From the NCBI GenBank assembly GCA_047495785.1, contig JBLDXI010000007.1, positions 4,588,001 to 4,652,000 on the forward strand: a stretch of DNA of 64,000 bases. Direction: 5' to 3'. A program made the position numbers and the translations under genes. The notes below the pieces were generated by a model. It was not told where the DNA came from. It saw nothing but the letters and a program-made list of their open reading frames with translations, and did no database searches. The stretch is from Lepidodermella squamata (lineage: Eukaryota > Animalia > Gastrotricha). Of the stretch, positions 24,529 through 36,443 are shown one piece after another; the first letter of the stretch is position 1, and every line of letters starts with the position of its first letter.

Positions 24529-25366
24529 TTAGACGACCTGGCGGATGGACAGCTTGCCGCCGCTCGCCTGTTTGCCGTTCTGTTCAACGACAGCAGCCGG
24601 GTCGTAGTCGAAGTCGTCGTTCTGCGCCTGCTCGTCGTCGTGGCGGGGCGAGCGAGTGAACGCATAGTCGAGGTCGTCGGTGCGGGGACGCCGCCGCTGA
24701 CTCCTGTTATATCTCCATCGTCGCCGAAACGATGATCGCGCAGCCGATGTACGCTTCGCCGCCGGCGATACTTTCTCTGTGCAACGACAGACAGCGCAAT
24801 GTTAGTGGGGCAGCTTACTTTAACGAAGCTTACTTGTTAAAAATTGGAGGGTTGCATCCCAGAAAATCGGCAGCTCATTCAAGAATTCTGAAATATACAT
24901 CAGCACATAATCAGTGTTACTAGACTATTGCACGGGTTTTATCAGAACTCACTATAGCTGGAAGCGTTCAGGTCGGCCAAACTTTTATAGAAAGTTGGAT
25001 AGATGCTTTTCACGAATGACTTTAAGAATACTTTGTCCTCTGTCGGTATGTATGAATAAGAATTCATACAAGAAAGTCTGTCAAATGATTGCAAGCGAAC
25101 TGTATACCTGGCGTGATCAGCGTCAGATTTCGGATGTAGGAGTCTAGGCGATCGGCGATGCATTCGACGATTGAATCGAGCTGGTCGTCGTCGGTGATCG
25201 CGATCAACCCGGCGGCGTTCCCCCCTTCACTGAAATACCTGGCATATTCTCGCGTCAAGGCGGCGAGCGCCTCATTGTCGCAGACTGCAGCAGATGATGA
25301 GCGCGAACCAACAGCGACGATCAGAGCAAGTACGATTGGAAATACCACCGAAGATGATGAATTCAT
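24529..25366 (-). CDS. Secreted orphan proprotein, 3 exons (family member 2)
   Basis: Signal MNSSSSVVFPIVLALIVAVG. Spliced product ...TDDDQLDSIVECIADRLDSYI...|EFLNELPIFWDATLQFLT|KKVSPAAKR-TSAARSSFRRRWRYNR...DDFDYDPAAVVEQNGKQASGGKLSIRQVV*. TATAAAA lies about 70 bp upstream. Confidence 0.65.
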
Positions 25367-25699
25367 GGTTTACTTAAACGAGAGATGTTCTTTACTCGGA
25401 AATGAAATGGCACTTGGTTTGCACACACCGGCTTTTATAACTTGATCTTTGCATTTTTATGAACAGGCGGCCAGACGCAGCGACTTGATCACCAGCGGTT
25501 CGAGTACTTTGACGCGCTTGAGTCACTTTTATTTCCCGACCTCATTTCATCGCTGCGATGAATAATGCTCCACATTGGCCGATAGAACTTCTGGAAGCGA
25601 AGATGATCTGCGAAAGCAGTGTTCGACACGAATATAGATGCAGGGCTTGTGAAGTTTTAAGTGGCGGATCTACATCGTGTTACAGAAGTGAAAAGTGAT

Positions 25700-26470
25700 T
25701 AGGAGTGTCACTGCACAAATGGACTTGGAGAAAGCCAACGACTTTGTTGACCGCGAAGAAGTGTGGAAAGCGCTAAAGGGACTGGGAGTAGAACAAGATC
25801 TCATCGAAAACATAAAGACCTTGTACAGAGACAGCATAGCAACGGTTAGGGTTGGTGGTGTTGCTTGCGAGCCTTTCAACGACTGGAAGAAGTTAGTAGC
25901 TTCACATATTTAGGTAGTATAATTACCTCAGATGGAGCTTCAAAAAGCGACATCAGGACCAGAATAGAGAAAAGCTGCAAAGCTTTCGGTGCCTTGAAAA
26001 AATATATTTTTGGAAATAAATCTATTCCTATTAGCGTAAAAATGAAGTGTCTTCGAGGTACAGTAGAACCGGTTGCGAAATTTGGGGGTGAAAATTGGAC
26101 GATGACCAATGACCAGTGAGGATGAACGGTGACTGAACGTTTGTCAGATGCCGTGCCTACGTAGCATTTGCGGTGTCACTCTGAGGGACAGGGTTAGGAA
26201 TGTGAAACTCAAAAATTATCTTCGATAGTAGCAAGACATCAACTTAGGTGGTACGGCCATGTTGCTCGCATGGACCCCGAACGGCTAACCCACCGAGTAC
26301 GGTATTGGAACGTGCCGGAGGGTTGGAAACGGCCTAGAGGCAGACCTAAGCTAAGGTGGCTCGACTGTATTAAGAAACATTTGGGGCGGGTGGGAATTCA
26401 AAATTTAGAGGATGATTTAGCGAAGGACAGAAGTGAGTGGAGGCTGAAAATTCATAGTCTGGGTTGATGA
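25700..26470 (+). mobile_element. Degenerate RTE-clade non-LTR retrotransposon fragment with the RT core deleted
   Basis: DLEKAxDxVDREEVWKAL...IKTLY is joined directly to LEEVSSFTYLGSIITSDG...IRTRI. Then LRWYGHVARM...KRPRGRPKLRWLD...AKDRSEWR. Frameshifts and stops are present, and the QG/YADD region is absent. Confidence 0.88.
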
Positions 26471-27142
26471 TTCTGATACTTCTCGTGGGATTTTGTATAT
26501 TTTGTTGAATTGATGGAAAATGATTTCGGTTTGACTAGGATCGGTCCTCTAGACTGGTCCTCCTCCGACACGCGCTCTGCTTGCCAGGTCACCACCGTGA
26601 CCTGTCCGGCAGGGTGTGTACACCGGAGTGATTTTTATTCTCAGCACGCCTTTTTGTTGTTTTTTCTAATGTTCTTTTTTACTGTTCTTTTAATCTCAAA
26701 AGTGCTGAAGAGTAAAGAAAATGCTATGTTATGTTATGTTACTGCACAAATTGTTACCCAGCTGTGCGACTGAAGACGCCCCAACAAACAACCCTAAGAG
26801 TGCTCATCAGGGACCCCACGGCCTTAACTCATCCAATCAACGAACAGAATGAACTTGTCGGAAAATCACAGGGAATTTCGGATTCTTTCTAAAGCGTCGC
26901 GCCTTATTGTTCGTTTGAGAAGCTGATGGTTTAGCGGAACAGTTAGTGTTGATCATCATTACTTCAACGCCTCTATAGGAATCTACTACGAGAGAAACTC
27001 GGCGCTCAAATTAGAGATGGCTGGAAGCCGGGAGATCTCTGAGTTATTTGAAGTGACAAAACCAATATGAGCGACTATTTGTCGTTTGATTTATTGAATG
27101 TTATTCGAAATTCATCGTTTTCAATACAAGTCTGTCGCTGAT

Positions 27143-27990
27143 CTATTTTGCCGGCTGATGGCGACTATTAGCGTTCTCGCCTTGCTTTGCTTTGCTAGTG
27201 TTGCCGTTGACGATGTGCAGACGGGAAGTTTGAGTGACTGATGCTGCTGCGGATTGCTTCTCAGCAAGTGCAGCTGCTACAACAGGCTGGCCATCGGCGC
27301 CGAACAAGTCGTCGAGGCGATCATCGCTGCTTCGCTTGTCAACTGTCGGCCTGTCGGAATCTGATAGATAAATTGGAAACAGCATAAATTGGAAATATTC
27401 CGAAAGGCAAATCAGCTTATATTTCTCACCTGCTCTGATCTTCCTCATGTAAGCTTCAGCCTCTTCCAAGACAGGTTTAAAAGCTGCGTGTTAACAAAAA
27501 CAGACGATTCGATGGCGTAAAATTAATGGCGGTGTGCTTTTTACCTGAAAGGGAGCGGGAAACTTGGTCGTAGTGTTTCCAAACCCGCGCAATCATTTCC
27601 TGGAACGAAGCAGCTTCTCTGGCAGCTTTAAGTTCAGCTGTAATATGAGTAAAAGAAAAAACCGGGGAAAATTGCCGCATAACTAATGTGCTTGTTGCAA
27701 AACTAACCCTTGGTCATACGGCTGATAATTCTGAACGAAGGCGTCGTCGGCTTAGGTCGGCGCTTGGTCGTTGTTTCCTCCTCAGCGCTCCCGCTTTCGC
27801 CATCTTCTTCAGCATCCTCGGCGACATTTATTGCTGTTGCCTGCTCCTGGCTGGGTAGGGTCAGCCGACCGCTGCGAAAGTTGCGAAAATCAACGCCCTG
27901 CTGCCACCTCCTCGCCGATGCGTTGCACGAATTGCAAATCGCAAGGAACGCCAAACAGGCGAGAGTTAGAACGGGCAAATAGCTCGGCAT
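27143..27990 (-). CDS. Secreted orphan proprotein, 4 exons (probable family member 3)
   Basis: Signal MPSYLPVLTLACLAFLAIC, three phase-1 introns giving a continuous frame, and RR/KRR/KR sites. TATATAAA lies about 100 bp upstream. Confidence 0.65.
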
Positions 27991-28391
27991 CTTTGATTTC
28001 GATAACTGCGATTGAATTAGTCTTCGGCGAGAGAGTGTTCTGCAGAATGATTGGATGAGTGATGTAAGTATCATACCTCCATCAATGCTTTATATATCCC
28101 ATGTGCGTATAAATTGATCAGCATGCAAATTCATGACGGCGAGACTCGTTTTATTGTCGTCTCGAACGGCGATTCAGCAGTCGCAGCAGGCGCAGACGGG
28201 CGTGAAGCGTGAACAACGACCACTTGTTTCTGTGTGGATCGACTTGTCAGCATACGCCATACAGAGGAGCACAGAGGAGCTTGGAAGGAGCTTCCAAGAC
28301 GTATTGAAAAAATGTAAAGTAATGAAACATAAATCTACGCTCTCTCTTATTATGTACGCTTTATTCGCAGTATTTCATCATCTCATATTAC

Positions 28392-30121
28392 TTAGTTTTG
28401 TAGCTGCCGTATTTTTTGGCGATGTTCCCGCTTCCTCCTGCGCCGTGCCTTCGCCTTATTCGCCATATTCGTGTGTGTCTGGATAGTCTTCTTGATCCAC
28501 TCGACGGCTCTCTCGTTGACGCGCATGCCAACGCCGGGCATATATCCGCATGCACCGTTGCCGTGCGACGTCAAGCCGACCAGCGTCCACTTGGAGCCGG
28601 CTCGGTCGCCGAACGGCCGCTCGACAACCGCCCACGGCCCGCCCGAGTCGCCCTCGCACGCATCAGCGTGATTCGTTATTCTCGTACACATCATGACGTC
28701 GGGATAGAACCCGAACAGCGACAAATTGGCCTTGCACGTCTCGTGCGTCTCGAGGAAGCGCGGCAGTTTCTGCAAATCCTTGGCGATTCTGCTACCCGAC
28801 ATCTGCCCGAAGCCGGTGATCATGATCTGGCGATCCGACAAGTCGTACGCCTTGCCTTCCTTCAAGCACACCGGAGATATTGTTCGAGTGTAGTTCTGTA
28901 AAGGAGCTTGCGAAGCAGTATATAGTAAGACAGTTATCATCATGTTATGGAAAATGTTCTCTCAGTCAGTCTTACGATTGAAGCGGATCAGCATGTAGTC
29001 ATTCGTCATCGTTGTGCCGTTTTTGAAATAGTCGGCGTGTGGGAAAAACATTTTTCCGACAGCACTATTCTTAGACGTCACGTCAAATTTCATCGCAATA
29101 AAATCGTCCAACTGCGTGTATAAGAATGTTCGGCCCAAAGTCAACCGCATCCAATTATATTTTTGCAATTCCGGCCTGAAATCATCACAGCAAGTACAAA
29201 AACGTGAACCCGAGTTGGACGTTTTAGCCTACAAGCAATGTGCCGCTGTGAGGATCCATTCGCGGTCGATCAGCGACCCTCCACACCGGTCAGCGTCGCT
29301 CGGCTGGCCATCACGCGGTTCTCTGTTATTGGGGAAGCTTGCGTCATTTTAGCCTAATACAAACCACCCACTCTCTCACTTGTCGAAGTATTCTATGATT
29401 ATTTGGTAGGGAAATTCGCCGAAAATCGCGTCGTCGCCGTTGCTGATCTTGCCCATCGCCAGCGACTTGTACGGGTCGTACATGGCCCGTCGCGAGCCAT
29501 TGCCGCACAGCTTCGGGTCGAACGCATCGATGAGCGCGCGCCGCTCGCCCAGCTTGGTGATCACCTTCGTGTAGTCCTCCTCCGCGTCGTCCTCAACGTC
29601 ATCAAGATCTTCGCACGCCTTCTTGTCCCGGAAGCACGCGCGCAGTTTCTTCATGCGAGCCAGCGCTTTGACGTTGCGCTCGCCCTGGTAGCTGCTGGTC
29701 AGCTCGTAGAACTTGGCGCCCTCGAACTCGCCGTCTGATGGCTTCGCATTGCCCGGGCATTTGAGGGAAACGGCGAATTCGCAGCGCTTAAACGCGTTCG
29801 TATCCTTGTCGAACCACGCCGCGAAACCGTCGCATTTCTCAATAATTCTTGGGCCGTTTTCCGGCGATTTCGGAAACGAACATTCAAGGGCGCATTCGCT
29901 GAGAGATCGGCAGTAAGCACAATTGCCAGTTAATTTATGCATTTTCACCATTTCACAGTCGCCCTTCGAAAGTTCATATCTCGAGCCTTGCAAACTATGA
30001 TGTGATAGTCTCACTGGAAAAGCCGTGAAATACAAAACTGACCTGCGCCACTAATTGATTGTGGGATTTGCGACCCAGCAACGGAAAATGCCAGCCCGAA
30101 GGTCAGCCAGAGAATAAGCAT
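28392..30121 (-). CDS. Trypsin-like (S1A) serine protease with N-terminal PAN/apple-like Cys domain, SP1
   Basis: Signal exon MLILWLTFGLAFSVAGS. Activation site MGK-ISNG. Catalytic motifs LTAAHC, NDYMLI and DACEGDSGGP. Short introns. Confidence 0.88.
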
Positions 30122-30239
30122 AAGTTTCTCTCTACTACTTTTTCAGCTACTTGAACTAGAATAGGTAAGTCATTGAATTCATTAAAAATAGCTTGTTTTA
30201 TTAGCAGCAGCAGATGCGTGTAAATGGGTGAACGTGCAA

Positions 30240-32643
30240 TTAGGATTCACGTTGCGTCGTCTCCTTGATCCACGCGATTACAGCGTCGGTAATGCGCGCG
30301 CCCACGCCCACGCCCTCGCCGCACGTGCCGCCCCAACTCGTCAGGCCGATGAGCGTCCACTTGGAGCCGGCCTGCGCGCCGAACGGCCGGTCCACCGTCG
30401 CCCACGGCCCGCCCGAGTCGCCCTTGCACTGGTCGCGCCCGCCCGAGTGGCTCGTGCACAGCATGGACGCGGGGTCGAAGCCCTTTTCGTCGCTCGATGT
30501 CGCGAGCAGCTCCAGGCACAGGTCCGCCTCCAGCACCTGCCGCGGCAGTTTCTGCAGCTTGTCCGGCATGAACAACTGGCTTGCGTTGCCGAGCGCGCGC
30601 GTATGCTCGCGAACTGCGCCGCGGTCGATCGCGTCCTCGGCGTCGGTGAGCCAGATTTCCGAGTGGCGCGTGTCGTTGGTGACGCCCCAGCCTGTCGTCA
30701 ACACGACGCGTCTCGTGTAGTCGCCGACCGGCGTTTTCGGCAGGCAGATCGGGCTCATGTGGCTGGAGTACTCGCTGAGAGGAGCTGAACACGAACACAC
30801 CACAGAGCAGTTGTGTACAAGATAACATGAGCATATTATAAACAAATTTACGTTCGATTCTGACTAGAGCGAAGTCGTATTTGTAAGATTTGTGGTCACG
30901 CGTGTAGTCGTAGCCGGGGTGAATGAACACGCCCGACGTCCACGTGTGCTTTACGATCGGCCGAGTCAAGTACTTGTCATTGTTCAGCATCTGCAGCCGA
31001 CCCATGTAGACTGACGCTAACTTGGACGTCGACCACATCATTCTGAAAAGATTCAAATGAACCGCATTATACATATGATATATTGGACGTATTTACAACT
31101 TCAAGTCCAAATTTCGTAGTATATACCGAAGGTCAGGGCTCCTTTGAAATACAAACTCCCGTGTTGCGAAAGTAACATTATTTGGGAACATTTCCCGGTG
31201 GAGTTCTGGGTTTTATCGACGCAGTGGGGCCGAGTGTTGCTCAATTTGCACGAAATGTTTGCTTTTGCTGCTCGATTTTGTCGAAATCGGGACTGAATGC
31301 TGCTCTATTCTCGGGCTGCACCAACTTTGTAAATGGCTCAATTGTTTTCGAGTAATAAAATTATTTTGGGTTCCTCGGGTTTCATGAGTTTCATGGGTCT
31401 GAACAATTGACAACTATCTATATATGTGCTCCTCCTCAAATAATCAAGTGTCTAATATGTGAAAATATGTGATTACATATATAGCCCTAACATACTTACG
31501 CTTGGCCTTGGGTTATATGCAGTGTCTAGGAGCTGAGGTGCTTTCTAGAACCCAGCCGAGCAAACAAAAAGGTGCCCCTGTGGTTTCTCGGTTTTTCAGC
31601 CTTCCACTGGCTGAGTTGCGCGAAGTGGGATCTTCGAACTATATCAGGCCCCAATTTTATCACCAAACCAAATCCCCCTTTGGTTTATTCGGAATTTTTT
31701 CCATATTGGTCTGCCGTACTGGGGGCCACCCTCATTTTCCCGTACTTGGCGCCCTTCCAGCCCTTCCACCGCACTTGGTTCTTGGGTTGCGGAAGTTGAA
31801 CCTTTGAACTCACTCTGGTGGGAAACAGTGGGCTGCCGTGAGGATCCACTCGCGGTCGATGATGGAGCCGCCGCAGTAGTCACTGTACTTCTGCGTCTCC
31901 TCGCGTTCCTTGCTGACGTACGTCACTTTCGGTTTCTTGCTCAGTATGGAGCCGGCGCACAGTGGGCAGAACTTGGTCTGAATGAGCACTTGGTACGGGA
32001 ACTCGCCTTTCGCGGCATCGTGCCCGCCGACCATGCGGCCGGTGATGCGGAACGGGTCGTACGAGTCGCGGCTCGTGCCGTTGCCGCACAGCGCCGGGTC
32101 GAAGGCGTCGAGACTGGTGCGGCGCTTCCGGCTGCTTCCGCTTCTCCGCCGCAGCTTCACGATGGCGTTGCTGAGCTTGCGCATGGACCGGTCCGCCAGA
32201 CTCTCCGCCCGGTAGAAGACGTTGCGGGTGGGCGGCGTGGAGCCCTTGGAGCACGGCCTCAGCTGGCTGGCGAGCGTGCAGCCGGCGAAGTGGCCGCGCG
32301 CCGTCACCGTGACGACGAAGCCGACGCAGCGCGTTAGCACGGTGGTGGTGGTGGCTCCGCCCGCGCCGGTGAGGTTGGCGTCCTTGTTCTGCAGCGAACA
32401 CTCGATCTGGCAGTCGAGTTTGTTGATGCACGAGCGGCACTGCGCCCTGGTGTCCGGCTTGACGGCGACGGCCTCGCACACGCTGTCGTCTTCCGTGAAC
32501 TGCGTGTTGTCGATGACAGCCAGCTGGGCTGCAACATGTGACTTCAACACCGTGCACGCTACTACTACGCATACGAAGGCGATAATGGATGATGATAACC
32601 TGATGGGATAACGTGCTGGCGCTCCTGCTCCTGACCACTCCAT
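30240..32643 (-). CDS. PAN/apple-like + trypsin serine protease, SP2
   Basis: GR-MVGG, CGGSIIDREWILTAAHC, YDFALV, DQCKGDSGGP. One enlarged intron (~31050-31810). Confidence 0.9.
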
Positions 32644-33008
32644 TGTTCAGCAGCAGCAGTCGGGTATCAGTCGGGATAGGCACGAAGGCAAAGTTCGGCA
32701 GTCGCGGATTAATGCTAATTAGCTGATTAGCTGGCAGCAGACCTACTGCATAACACGCAGAGATTACCAGTTAGACAGTGAGTGTGATTGGAATAATTAC
32801 ACGCCACATGCGAATTCTTCTTCTTCTTCTTCCTCCTCTTAGCACCTTCAAGTCGCAAAGTTTATTAACGAATGACACCGCGAGCTAATAAAGATGATGC
32901 TCATCGCCTAGCTGACACTCTGATGCGACACTCGAAAGTGTGGAGCATAATGTAAAGCATATAAGTATAGGAGACATTAAGCAGCAGCACGCGAAGATGG
33001 CGATGATG

Positions 33009-35473
33009 TCAGGCGCGTGCTCGTGATGGCGATGCAGCGGCGGTGACGTTGCGGATCCAGAGCAGCACTTGGTCGGTGATGCGGGCGCCGACGCCGACGT
33101 TTTCGCCGCACTCGAGGCCCCAACTCGTCGCCGCAATGAGCGTCCACTTGGAGCCAGCCTGCGGCCCGAACGGCCGGTCGACGGTGGTCCACGGCCCGCC
33201 CGAGTCGCCCTGGCACTGGTCGCGCCCACCGCTGACGCTCGAGCAGATCATGAGGCTGGGGTCGAACACGGCGGTGGGCAGGCCCTGCGCCAGGTTTTCG
33301 ATGCACTGGTCGGCCGGCAGCAGTCGCCGCGGCAGCTTCTGCAGCACGTTCGGCGTGAACTTTTTGCTGCCCGGCGGCTCTTCATCCGCATCATCATCAT
33401 CATGAGCACCTTTCGCTTCTTGACCTTGATCTGCGTCATCCGCTGCTTGAGCTTTAGCTTGGGTTCGTGGTGCCATTGCAGCTAAACCACCACTACCACT
33501 GCCGCTGTCGCCGCCGCTTTGCTGCTTGCTGGCCTCGCCGATGCGGTCGATGGCGCGGTGAGCCTGCGTCTCGTCGGCGTGCTTCGCCGCCTTCGAGCCG
33601 CCCCACCCGCTCGTCATCACGATGCGGTTCGTGAAGTCCGCCACTGGCGAGCTCGGCAAACACACCGGACTGACGGTGCTGGTGAACTCTGTTAGAGGCT
33701 CTGCGCGTGCGAAACAAATTTAAAAGCGTGTTATTTTAGTGCACGCATGAGACACATTCGGTCGAAGCCCGATCGAAGCTGTGTGAACTTGCCGCTGTAT
33801 AATTGAAGCTGCTTTTGAATTCATCTGACCCAATGCATTATTGACGTGGCAGAAATATAAGCTTGGAAGGTTAAGCAATCTCCAGCGAAGCAACCCGGCT
33901 GAAACGAAGTATGTATCCGGTACACGTGTGTTAGCGGGCTTAGGACGCAAAGCAGTCAAAGCGGCAGAGGAGAGAGAGACATGTTCAAGTCATTCGAATA
34001 AGCCTTCCCTATGGTGTTTCTGCCATGATTAGAGGGTGAGAATCAAGTTCTTCCATGCACATGCATTCGCACACCATACTACATACATATCTGCTGATTA
34101 TATACTGACTCACCGTTGAGTTTGACGAGGGCGTAGTCGTACTTGCTGCCGCCGCCCCGCTCCAGCTCAGCGTACTGCGGGTGCACGAACACGTTGCGCG
34201 GATCGATCGATATCATGTGGCCACCACGTGTTTCTGCTCGCCGCTGCCTTCTATGATTGCCATCCTGATCGTGATCATCGGCGCCTGCCATGGCGGTGAG
34301 GCGCGTGTCGCCGACGAGCAGCTGCATGGCCTTGTAGCCGGCGAGGGAGAAGTCTTCGGAGAAGCAGTGCCCGGCCGTGAACAGCCACTCGCGGTCGATG
34401 AGAGACGCGCCGCAGTAGTTGCTCACCGTCGCCGACGTGAAGTTGGCGCGCGGCACGGCGACGAGTCGGCCCGATTGCGGGTCGCGCACCCGCGAGCCGG
34501 CGCACGCCTCGCACACCGTCATGAAGAGCACGGCCTGGTAGGGCAGCTCGCCCGGCTTGGCGTCGTGCCCGCCGATGATGCGGCCGGCGATGCGGAACGG
34601 GTCGTACGAGTCGCGGCTCGAGCCGTGGCCGCACAGCGCCGGGTCGAGCGAGTCCAGCGCGTAGCGGCGCGGCTTCAGCTTCGATGAGCTGCTGCTCGGA
34701 TGATTCGCCGACGCCGCCGATGACGACTTGCTGTTGCGGTCACTCCGGTCGATGACGACGAGTTCGTAGAACTTGCCGCTGCTTTTGCGGTGCTGTCTAC
34801 CAGCAGCAGCAGCAGCAGCTTTATTCTTGCTGCCGCCGCCTGGTGCCTTGCAATTCTTCGTCGTCGAAAAGTCCTGCACAAGCTTGCAAATGCCTTGACT
34901 GCCCGCCGATGTTGGCTGCTTAGAAAGCAACTTGCCTCTGCCACTGGTGGACGTGTTAACAGACGACGACGACGGCGGTGGGTGGACGACGACGAAGCCG
35001 ACGCAGGCGGACTGCTGCTCGCCCTTGTCGCCGCCGTTGTTCTGCAGGGCGCACTCGAGGTGGCAGTCAGCGATGCTGGAGCAGGAGGCGCAGGCAGCCC
35101 GGTACGCCGGTGTCACCGCCTTGTACCAGCACACGCCGCCGCCGCCGACTTCTCGGATGCGGGTGCCTTCGATGATCGCCATCGTCGGAGCATCACCACT
35201 GCTTTGTTTGCTCATCGGGCTTTTGCCTGGGTGTTTTTGCTTAGCATGCTGGTGATTGGGCGGGTGGCGATGATGGCGATTGGTGGTTTTCGCGGCGTCG
35301 GCTCCACTGATGAAGAAGCAGCAATGCGCGGCGAATAGCAGCAGCAGCAGCAGCACGGTGGCGAGAGCATCATCTATGCAGTAGCAGGTGCCTTTCAAGA
35401 AACGCCGCAGAATCATCATCGTTGTTGTTGTGTAACAAACACACCTACTGGTATAAAACAGACAAACAAACAT
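33009..35473 (-). CDS. PAN/apple-like + trypsin serine protease, SP3 (start 35473 or 35419)
   Basis: [28 protein letters not shown]. Confidence 0.9.
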
Positions 35474-36443
35474 GCTGAACTACCTATATCAGTTATGTTA
35501 TATGTTGAGTTGACTGAAACTGAACTATTGAACATGATGTTTCGTTACCTACACAGCAAATGCCTAAATAATAGTAGTAGTAGAAATACATTATTTTCAT
35601 TCATAGCAGAACAGAGGCTGCTCCTGCTGCTCATCCTGCTAAGTATGACTGTTTGTCCGTCTGCCGGATAATCGTTAACGATAATGATAATGATGCATTT
35701 CGAAGTAGGCTGCCTTTATATGCCGCGCCTCCACCGATAATCTGCCTGCCTGCCTGCGAGCGCAGCTGATGCGTCGCATCGACGAAGGCTGTTTCCTAGC
35801 AAGCTAGCAAGCTAGCAAGCTTCTACGACCCCGACATCGCATCGCATCGCAGTTGAACAATTGGGGTAAAGAACCTTGCTATCAATAAACTTTGACTTTA
35901 CATTGATTACCGATCGGTGTATACGGGCTTGACGTGATAATAATATGGTGGTGGCTTGTTGCGAAGCATTCGTCATGCGCGAAAACGCGGGCATAGCGGG
36001 CAGCTCATCCGCCGCTCATGCGCTCATGCATAACCGATGATGAAACCCGCCATCGAACAGGCGAACAAACGTCACATGAAAATAGTTGACAATTTTATAC
36101 ATAGTACCTACGATGGAAATATAATGCATGTCAGCAGTAATCGACCGCAATTTCGAGATCTCGCATAGGTCGTCGCATTTCGGAGAACTCGGCCGGATTT
36201 TGTTTCATCTCATTTCTACTGAACATAATTCATCGATATTGGTATACGTGAGTAGTAGTACTATGTAACTAGTGTTGCATTGACGAAAGCAATTGACGAC
36301 ACACAGTGTCCGTAAAGTAAACTGATATGAACCCAATTAGGCAACAATTGGCGAATTTATTCCATTAGTAACGCTCAAGCACTCGACATAATCTCTTTTT
36401 TCTGTTTCTGCCGTACTTGTGCCGTCTGAAATTAGACGGCGGA

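Noticed and set aside
31080-31800. Insertion in the long SP2 intron with short internal repeats
   Set aside because: It is probably a repeat relic, but no termini or TSD could be defined.
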